Source: Octopus vulgaris (lineage: Eukaryota). Taken from it: DNA of 64,000 bases. The stretch's first letter is position 1. Every line of letters starts with the position of its first letter. The DNA lies in NCBI GenBank assembly GCA_951406725.2, contig OX597818.1, positions 41,664,001-41,728,000 of the forward strand, read 5' to 3'. The notes below the pieces were generated by a model. That model saw nothing but the letters and a program-made list of their open reading frames with translations, had not been told where the DNA came from and did no database searches. The translations under genes were made by a program, and so were the position numbers. Positions 54,638 through 64,000 of this stretch are shown piece after piece.

Positions 54638-55660
54638 CAGGTTGCAATGGGTAAATTGTTGCCATCTTATATTTTTAATTTTGCACATGCACATTCTTTT
54701 TGATTTTGTTGACTATACAGTATAGTAGGGTCAGTTGAGCACCATCTGTGATAAAAACAGCACCATGACACAATTCACTCTGCCAGAAATTTGGAAACAA
54801 CATGCTGTACTGCTTGGCATTCATGCCAGAAGCTCCTTTACAAACATTTCAGAGTGTTTGGGTGTCAGTCTTAAGACATGTATCGAGAGTGATAAAAATC
54901 AAACATCCAGTCAACATGGTGTTTGGAGTGATCATGAGTAATGACAATGTTATGCTGCCATTCAGCTTCCCACATGGTCTCAGATTCAACATGGAGGCTT
55001 ACATCAAGTGCCTGGAAGAGGTAACACCAAAGATGAGCTGAAGGCAAGGATTATAGCAACAGTCACCAACTAGGTGACATTCCAGAAGAGTTGCGGTGAT
55101 TCCAAAGTCATCTGGAGGCTGTGGTTGAAGCCAATGGCCATTTTATTGAATAAATTTACTCTTTAGTATTTCATGATATTTTTATGTAATTTTGTTAAAT
55201 ATTATCTTCTTCATCATCATCGTTTAACATCTGTTTTTCATGCTGGCATGGGTTGGACAGTTTGACTGAGGTCTGGAGAGCCAGCGACTGCACCAGGCTC
55301 CAATATGATCTGGCAATGTTTCTACAGCGGGATGCCCTTCCTAACACCAACTACTCTCAGAGTATAGTCAGTGCTTTTTATGTGCCACCTGCACAGGAGC
55401 CAGTCAGGTGGGCCTGGCATCAATCACATTTGGATAGTGCTTTTTATGTGCTACCAGCATGGGAGCCAGTCAGGGGACACTGGCATTGACCATGTTCAGA
55501 TGATGCATTTTACGTGCCATAGGAATGGGAGCCAGTCAGGGGCCACTAGCCACAGTTACGATTTTGGTCTTACTTGACTCAACAGATCTTGTTAAAATGA
55601 GATGTCAGTGTTATTTTTGTTTTTGCATAATTTAGATGACAGTTTATTCACCATACCCTG
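54638..55660 (+). mobile_element. Tc1/mariner-superfamily (maT/DD37D-like) deleted element with a nested retroposon
   Basis: TA-flanked imperfect TIRs CAGG...CCTG. The peptide KHPVNMVFGVIMS...MLPFSFPHGLRFNMEAYIKCLEEV resembles this transposase region. Interrupted by an RTE-tail element at about 55210-55590. Confidence 0.65.
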
Positions 55661-55762
55661 TATGTGTGTGTGCATGTGTGTGATATTTTATTAAAGCTGG
55701 AAAAAGTTGTGTGTGTGTTCCATGCTATTTTTTATAACTTTATGTGATTTGCTTTAATAAGC

Positions 55763-56368
55763 CCAGACCCAGGAAGACATGGGATGAGGTGGTCAAGCAT
55801 GACCTTCAAACGTTGGGTCTCACAGCAGCAATGACGAAAGACCGAGACCTCTGGAGATATGCTGTGACTGCGAAAACCTGGCAAATAAAGTGAGTTTACA
55901 GCTGTATCCTACATCAGTTTCACATAACCAGCCCCAGCCCATTCAAAAGTACCTTGGATCGTAGGGCGACCTGTTGTGCTTGAGGAGACCTATTGAGTCA
56001 AGTACATCAACATCAAAATGAAAATCAAATGCAAATTGTAGTTGTGATACCCATGCCGGTGGCACATAAAAAGCACCATCTGAATGTGGCCGATGCCAGT
56101 GCCGCCTTGACTGGCTTCTGTGCCGGTGGCATGTAAAAAGCACCAACCGATTGTGGCCGTTGCCAGCCTCCTCTGGCCCCTGTGCCAGTGGCACATAAAT
56201 AGCACCCAATACACTCACAGAGTGGTTGGCATTAGGAAGGGCATCCAGCTGTAGAAACACTGCCAGATCAGACTGGAGCCTGGTGCAGCCTCCTGGCTTG
56301 CCAAAACCCCGGTCAAACCGTCCAACCGATACTAGCATGGAAATTGGAAAAACAGATGTTAAACAATG
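55763..56368 (+). mobile_element. RTE LINE 3' fragment
   Basis: AGACCCAGGAAGACATGGGATGAGG (RPRKTWDE) followed by the 3' UTR units. Confidence 0.85.
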
Positions 56369-58112
56369 AATATATATATTTCCCTCCTTTTCCTTTTCTT
56401 TTGTTTTTTGACAGTGGGGGTCTCCTTGATTATGCATAGTAAATGTTTGCATAATCAAGGAGCCAATCTTGAGTTTCTAATGTAACTTATTTACAGCTAA
56501 CAAAACTTCAACTAAAACTTTGTAAATAATAAAGAAAATAAAAAGAAACAATTATGAAACCAATGTCTTGTTGCTTTCTCAAGTATTAATATCACAACCT
56601 ATAAGAGAATGAAACCATCCACAAAAACAATGACAGCCTGGATAATCTTTTTGTATTGAGAACAATGCAGCTTCTGCATCATTTCAGCACTTTTTTTTTT
56701 ATATGTTCACTGTGGTAGGTAGAAATATATTGTCTCCTCAGAAGTAGTATTTGGGAGGGAAGAAAGATGTATCTATTTCAAAATTGCTATGTCTAATAAC
56801 AACAACAAAATTAAAATGGTTTGTTTTGCATAACAACAGGAGAAACTTGCTGTAGTTTTAGTGCAGAATGAACGAAAGTATCTTTATCAACCTCAATACA
56901 AGCAGGTGAAGTTTCACTCATTCACAATGTTCACCAGTTTATTGGGCCAATGAGAGAGCAGTACCTTCAGCCTGTCATTGGCTATATAAACAAGAATTCA
57001 AAGCTCTCTCTCCTTCTTTTCCTTTGGCAACTCTGCTAGAGCAAGCTGTCTATTTACTCTTTTCCTTAGCAACTTAGCCAGAGCAAGCTGTCAGCATTCT
57101 CTTTTTCACTCTCAGCCAAAGCAATAAACAAGCAAAATTAGTTATTATATACTCTCACTTCAGCTAGTCTTAAGAAAACACATTTCAATTGAACAAGACA
57201 TTGATTTGCCATATTAAGATTTCACCAGGTTGTAAATCTTGTATGTTGGCTTCCCTTCATTTTATCTCAGCAACATTTTCTATTTACTCTAAACATGAAC
57301 CCAAAAGAAATTTATTTCAAGAATGTATGCATTACACTCCTACAACACTTTTAACTCAACCTTGTTTTTATGAATATTACAAGTGAAAGTTATTACTTTT
57401 TTTCTGTATGAGGTTATTCAGAACTGTACTTTAAGGAAGTTTTGGAAGTAAAACGTGCTGCTTAACCACACTGAAGACCAGTACAAGCTTATTTTTCTGA
57501 TAGTATATAGAAAATAAAAGAGTAAATATAATTTACTAGTGGTGTTTCTCACATCATGTTTTCTTTAAACCAAAACACTGGCCTGCAGCTTCAGTAATAA
57601 TATAGGACATATCATAATGGGAGAGTGTGTATATCTGCTTAAAAAAAATTGATAGATTTGGTATTTATTTTGAGCTGAAAGACTATATCTAGTCTATAAT
57701 GTATTTGATTAGTGTCTAGCCTGTAAATTAAAACAAAATTTGTTTTTGGTTTGAGAAGGTATTTTAATTATAAAAATATTCTGTATTTTACATACTCAGC
57801 AGCTTTATTCAAGCTAAAATTCTTTTTTATTGACCTGAAGTTGAATTTCTTACTCTGAGTCATCAGCAAAAATAATTATTATTTTCTGTTTTTGCAAGAT
57901 ATTTTCTTTTTGTTTTGTGTATGTATTAAACAATTTTGATTTTTTTTTTTTAATTCTAGTTAAAATTATGCTGCTTCTTTTTGTTCATTTGCAATAAAAT
58001 TTTTTGAAAATATTTTTGGTGTTATCATGACAAACAGCCCTCTGAACTTAAACAATTTCTGCTGATTTCCATTTAGCTGTTTCCTTCATTATAATTTAAC
58101 TTTATTTATATA

Positions 58113-58557
58113 CTAGCAGTATTGCATGGCATTGCTCGGGTTTGGTTTTTAGTTGCGCATAGAACGGCAGACTTTGATGTCGCGTTAACAAAGTTTTGAC
58201 ATAGTTTCAATCTTTCTTGAAAAGTAAAAATTTTGCATTATGTAGCTTGTTATTCTCTTTAAGTGAACATTTTTCTAGTTGAAATACACCGAAAAATGGT
58301 GACACAACAGTAAAAAAATCGTTAAAAAGAATAGGGATTTTCATAGAAAGAAGTACCTTTTTGATGTAAATAATTTTTGGTCTTAACATGGTTGGATTTG
58401 AATATTTTCTTCTACAGAATGAAAAGTAAGCCTTCTTCTATAATACTCTCAATTTTGGTCAACTTGCGCCACAGGGTCTCGGAGGGGACAGTGTTAGTTG
58501 AAGGCTACCAAACCTGCCACACACACACACAGACAACTTCAGCTTTATATGTATAGA
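58113..58557 (-). mobile_element. Non-autonomous Helitron, same family as 2628-3022
   Basis: Same termini and highly similar internal sequence, with an extra internal segment near 58145-58215. Confidence 0.8.
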
Positions 58558-59105
58558 TTAAGCTTATGTAATCTTGGCAAATATTTTAAAACTACGTAGC
58601 AAGCAAAGTTTTTAATAATAAATTATTTCATGAAATTTAACTCATTAGAATTCATTTTACTCAATCAAACGTAATAATTAAATATTCACATTGTTTTGAA
58701 TTAATCATGCATTATGTGATAGGTTTGAGATTTCAATGATGTGATTGTTTATTTTTAGACTGACATTGGAGGGTCAGTGTAAGAGGCTGGATCTGTCCAG
58801 TTTGAACATAAAACAGGTAAAATATTTGAGCCAGAGTTTTTTTAGTTCAGGTGTACCCTGCTCCTTCTACTATAAGAAACGACTTAGACTGCATGGTCAC
58901 CTATCCAACTCATGCCAACATGGAAAGCAGATGTAAAATATTGATGATAATATAGGTGCAGGTGTGACTGTGAGATAAGAAGTTTGATTTCCAACCACAT
59001 GGTTCTGGGTTCTGACCTACTGTGAAGCACCTTGGGCAAGTGTCTTCTACAGCAGCCTCTGACTGACCAATGCCTTGTTAGTGGATTTGGTGTGTGTCTG
59101 ATCAC

Positions 59106-59145
<40 letters not shown>

Positions 59146-59394
59146 TTCATCTTCATCATCATTTACCATCTACTTTTTCATGCTTGCATGGATCAAACAG
59201 AATTTGTGGAAGCAGATTTTTCTACGGCCCGATGCCCTTCTTGTCACCATCACTCACCTGTTTTCAAGCAAGCTAATATTTTCCCTTAGCTAGACAGGTT
59301 TGTTACAGAAGACTGGAAATGAATGACTTCACTTGCATGATGATGATGATGCTCATGTACAACCCTCATGTGATGTCTAAACAAAGTGGACATA

Positions 59395-59462
59395 AACACA
59401 CACACACACATACAAACATATAAATACACACATATATAAAATGTGTGTGTGTATATATATTC

Positions 59463-59508
<46 letters not shown>

Positions 59509-59613
59509 GTATGCATATGTATATATGTGTATATACATATATACATACATATATATAAATATATATATATACATATATATATATGCATATGTATATATTT
59601 GTATGCATATGTG

Positions 59614-59651
<38 letters not shown>

Positions 59652-59706
59652 TAGATACATTTATAGATACATACATAGCTATCAATCTTTCCCTGTAGCT
59701 AGCAGG

Positions 59707-59744
<38 letters not shown>
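59395..59744. repeat. Compound (TA)n/(TG)n/(CA)n microsatellite
   Basis: Directly visible. Similar tracts at 6580-6915, 25330-25440, 31356-31430, 62570-62670 and 63105-63162. Confidence 0.9.
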
Positions 59745-59746
<2 letters not shown>

Positions 59747-59803
59747 CATTATTGGTGAATTGAAGAAATGGAGCTGAACGCAGATTGAACAGAAATCGTT
59801 TTA

Positions 59804-59893
59804 TTTCATTCTACACGTGTTTCGAAAGGCACAAATTACCAAAATCCGATGGAATAATGGGACCATATTGTGTCTTTCTCTTCAGGAAGAAAA
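59804..59893 (-). ncRNA. Type I hammerhead ribozyme motif (mirror copy)
   Basis: Reverse complement of 60060-60149 in the left arm of the palindrome. Confidence 0.8.
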
Positions 59894-60059
59894 TAGGAAA
59901 TCCGTTGGAAAAACAAAAACAGAACAGAGGCGGAGCAAAAACAAATCGAACTATGCTCCTAAGAGCCCATGGCGGAGTTTCGCCATGGGCTCTTAGGAGC
60001 ATAGTTCGATTTGTTTTGCTCCGCCTCTGTTCTGTTTTTGTTTTTCCAAAGGATTTCTA

Positions 60060-60149
60060 TTTTCTTCCTGAAGAGAAAGACACAATATGGTCCCATTATT
60101 CCATCGGATTTTGGTAATTTGTGCCTTTCGAAACACGTGTAGAATGAAA
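60060..60149 (+). ncRNA. Type I hammerhead ribozyme motif with long stem II
   Basis: Core CTGAAGA (60068-74); stem II GAAAGACACAA/TTGTGCCTTTC (10 of 11 pairs); GAAA (60130-33); palindromic stem III ACACGTGT; predicted GUA cleavage after 60141; stem I TTTCTTC/GAATGAAA with one bulge; AATAAA just downstream. Confidence 0.8.
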
Positions 60150-60358
60150 TAAAACGATTTCTGTTCAATCTGCGTTCAGCTCCATTTCTTCAATTCACCA
60201 ATAATGTTCTAATTTCAATTATCCGCACCAACGCACGGTTGCAACACCATATGGTTGTACCTCCAACCGTGCTGTTTTACTGCTGTGATTTTTGCTACTA
60301 AGGTATCGGTTAAACTTTTGATTAATCTACTACAAGATTATTCATCTTTCTATTTCAC

Positions 60359-60396
<38 letters not shown>

Positions 60397-61246
60397 CACA
60401 CATGTGTGCATTTCTATGCAACTATGTATACTGATATATCAACATATAGATGTATATACACATTTATAAATCATTTTCTCATAATCATCTAATTTCTTCT
60501 GGCTTAAAGCTTTTAACTTCAAGCATTCTTTGAGCTTTCTTTTTCTCTGTCTCTAAATTACCCACCTTCGTTTTAATTTACATTTCTTAAATCTGCTTTC
60601 TTCCTTTATTCAATCATTTTTCACTCTATTCTGCTGTATTTTATCATTCCATCTTTTATTTGTTTGTTTATTTACTTAAATCCCACCTGCTTCATGTTTC
60701 AAATATTGATCTTATAGCACTATAATTTATCTTACTGTTAGCTCCATCCGTTTGCCCTAAATAACATCTTTTAATCAATGAAATGCATTCTGGGAATTAG
60801 CAGGCTTGGAAGACATTTACATGTCTCTTAAGTACTTGAACATTAATTATATTATAACTGCTGGAAAAGCTCTTCTAACCTGTCAGGAAATCAATTTATT
60901 TACCAACTTTAAATTTATTACAATGCTGTAACTTTTAAGCAATGGTATTCTTGTTTGTTTTTATTTACTGAAATCACATTTGTCTCTAATCTTTTTGGAC
61001 ATTTATTGGAAAACAAATGAGTAAATAGAATTTTGATTGTCATTTTTGACTTTCTTACAAAATTTGATTGGCTAAAAATTAGTGTATATCGATATATATC
61101 TTTTACATAAAGGAATTGATTTAAAATAGGGTAATGTAGTGACATAATGACGTTGGTAGTTTGTTAATTTTTAAAGATTACACACACAGACACAGATGCT
61201 CACACACACGCACATGCACACACACACACACACACATGCATGCACA

Positions 61247-62498
61247 CAAAGGCCAGCTGAAAAGTTCATAGGTAGACTAAGATACTGTTATGGAATGTTA
61301 CCAAATGAGGTTTATTTTTCAACATAGACTCCCTTGCAGTTCACACACTTCTTCCATTGGTGAAGAAGTTTTCATTCTGTTGGCCAAAAAAAGTTATCAA
61401 CAACAGACATGATGTTCTCATCACTGTGATACTGGTTCCTAGCCAAATGTTTTTTCGTGTTGGAGAACAGATAATACTCAGATGGGGCCAAATCAAGTGA
61501 ATATGGAGGTTGATGAACCAGCTCAAAGCCATCTATGGAAGCTATTGAAAGTAAGGACTTGTGAGCTGGAACATTGTCCTGATGAAACAAGACCCCTTTC
61601 ATCAGTTTTCCTGGGCACTTATTCTTTTTAGCCTTTTATAACTTTCTCAGCAAGTTGGCATAGTACTCTCCATTGATGGTGTGGCCTTTTTGAAGATAGT
61701 CAATAAACACAATGCCTTTTGCATCCCCCAAAACTGAGGCTATTATCTTCCCTTCAGATGAAATAACATTGGCTTTCTTTAGGATAGGTGAGGAGGGGTG
61801 TTTCTACTGCATGGATTGTCTCTTTGTCACTGGCTCAAAGTGATGAAGCCAAAACTCATCCTTGGTTAGGAAACATTCAAGGGAACCAACTGGATCTGCC
61901 TCAAACAATGTAAAATTTTCCTGTGATGTGATCAGCCTGATGCACTTTTGGTCAAGTGTCAAAAGACATGGCACCAACCAAGCAGAAACCATTGTCATAC
62001 TAAATTCATTGTGCAGAATATTGTCAACTCTCTCATGGAGTATGCTAATAGCATTGGCTATTTGCCTGTTATCCATCGCCATGAACATAATCCTTGTTTT
62101 CCTTGGTGGTGGCAGTTGAAGGACATCCAAATTCTGGACCATCTTCAAGACTCTCCCTTCCTTCCTAAATTCAGTTGCCCACTTTTTTTTTGGCATTGTT
62201 GATAAAGCTGGAGTGTCACCCCTAATGTAGCAACCATATTAGCATAGATGTTGATAGGGGTTAAACTCTTTTTTTCCTACAGATATTTAATAACACCACA
62301 ATGCCAAATTTTTTTGATTTTCAAGAATCGTCAATGCAGTTTACTTTTGAAGTCTTCTTTAAACAGTGAGATGTCAGTTTACCTGGAAAGAAACAATGCA
62401 GCTATTAATAACAAAGGTCAAAATTAATGCATACAAGATTTCACAGTGCTAGTCTCACTCCTTCATAGTCAGCTTATGAACTTTTCAGCCCACCCTCA
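61247..62498 (-). mobile_element. Full-length decayed mariner transposon (transposase pseudogene)
   Basis: TIRs containing GCTGAAAAGTTCATA; about 1.25 kb. Fragments with WLVPCLL (WVPxxL), TKDEFW, FHQDNVPAH and PPYSLDLAPSEYYLF (YSPDLAPSD motif), with frameshifts. Confidence 0.92.
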
Positions 62499-62639
62499 TA
62501 TATATATCATGTGCATGTCCTCTTGTTGTTTTTATTATTATTTTTAATGTGTGTTGTTTTTGATTTGACTATATGTGTGTGTGTGTGTAAGTATATATAT
62601 ATGTATGTATATATGTTAGTATGTATATATATATATATT

Positions 62640-62673
<34 letters not shown>

Positions 62674-63101
62674 CATGGAAATGGGCGTGTGGCATTCAAT
62701 TAAATAATAATATAAATAAAGATGGTCACATGAGGAAAAGAAAGATGGACGATGGTCACATGTGAGCAGCGAGAGAGAGAAAAAGCGAAAGAGGTGGGGA
62801 GAGAGAAACAGATAGAAAATGGTGAAATGGAGAAAAAAAGAATTAGAGAAGGAAGTGGGAGAGAAAACAGTATAGAGTAGAGTTGCATCAAAAAGGTTAA
62901 GATAGTCTTACTTGGAAATGGATGTATGGCGTTCAATTAAATAATAATATAAAAAACATATCTATCTATCTATCTATCTGAGGAAAGAAAACTCTGAATG
63001 ACCCATCCTTTTTTTCTTTGTATTGGCTATCTTGATGTTTTGTGTCCCCTTTTTTGTATCACCTACCAGGATGCTTTGCGTTCTTGTCCCATTTTGTATT
63101 T

Positions 63102-63139
<38 letters not shown>

Positions 63140-64000
63140 TATATAATATATATATATATATAGCAGTGTATGCACACTTTAGTCTCTTATATGTAAGTAT
63201 ATATTTATCTAAATCTTGTATGACTCTATTCTTTTATTTTTTCCTTCTTTCAATCAGCCTTTTCATGCTTACTTCATTCATTCCACTCTTCATTCTTTTG
63301 TCCGCCCCTCTCACATTTCCTTGCCTTCTCTTCATGCTCACTTTCCCTCCTCTTTTCACTTCACCATGACCCTGTCATTTTTTCTCACCCCTCCTTATTT
63401 CTTCTGCCCCTCTGCCTCTACCCCTCTTTCTTCTCTCCCCACATGATCAGTGTTCGGCCAAGCCTGACCTTTCTTTCTTGGTTTGGTTGTCCTCCATGCA
63501 ACATCTATATTCCTCCCTGTGTCTGTGAAATCTTGTATCCCTGCTGTAAGGCTTTACTTCCACACATGCAAGCTTAATTTAAATCGTCCTTAGTTGTTGA
63601 AAGACACCTGTTGTTATATCCTGTTATTTGTATTTGTGTAACATTCTCCGTTTTTTTCTGTCCTTGTTTTTGTATACATTCGCTGCTTTCTTCCAAGGAA
63701 TCTAATGCTCTTAGCTTAGTTTTTCCTTGGGGGTGGCCAGATTGGAGCAATCTTGAGTATAACCAACCGAAATTGCAAAGATAATCTACAACTCGACTGA
63801 GGAAAGAAAAGCCATCCTTGTTTACTTTGTATTGTCTATCTGGATGTTTTGTTGTCCCATTTTTTTGTATCACCTAACTGTCTGGATGTTTACTTAGTAA
63901 ACTCTGTAAGGTGGTTGGCATTAAGAAGAGCATCCAGCTGTAAAAACCATACCAAAGCAGACATTGGAGGTTGGTGCATTCCTCTGGCTTTCCAGCCTCT

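Larger units (their letters stand above)
59745..60361 (+). mobile_element. Penelope-like element terminus (inverted pseudo-LTR) inserted in (TA)n
   Basis: Near-perfect palindrome 59745-60208 with about 230-bp arms plus about 150 bp of unique tail. (TA)n on both sides; hammerhead and AATAAA in each arm. No RT/GIY-YIG ORF is present, so the PLE assignment rests on architecture. Confidence 0.65.

Noticed and set aside
59286-59763. YI/CV-repeat ORFs, also poly-His/Met at 59094-59162
   Set aside because: Microsatellite translations.
59785-60168. Paired ORFs with identical N-termini on both strands
   Set aside because: A by-product of the palindrome; no recognisable protein.

Overview
AT-rich, microsatellite-laden animal genomic DNA. 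The repeat families resemble cephalopod/Octopus, which is an inference. There is no prokaryotic content and no CRISPR array. The only host gene I can support is the 5' end of an ANKHD1/ANKRD17 (mask) orthologue on the minus strand. Its first coding exon is 44735-44007 and its next exon is 7115-6956, joined in frame across a 36,891-bp GT-AG intron; the gene continues past position 1. The rest is mostly mobile DNA: RTE LINE 3' fragments with (ATG)n tails, tRNA-derived SINEs, non-autonomous Helitrons, piggyBac, mariner, Tc1-like and hAT-type remnants. The most notable observation is two foldback palindromes with no visible sequence similarity (54425-54592 and 59745-60208). Each sits between (TA)n tracts and places a type I hammerhead ribozyme motif on both strands, an architecture resembling Penelope-like element termini or retrozymes. 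Other points of interest are a CpG-retaining, TE-poor domain around the first coding exon, an old imperfect intronic inverted repeat, and a LINE-tail foldback inside the intron.
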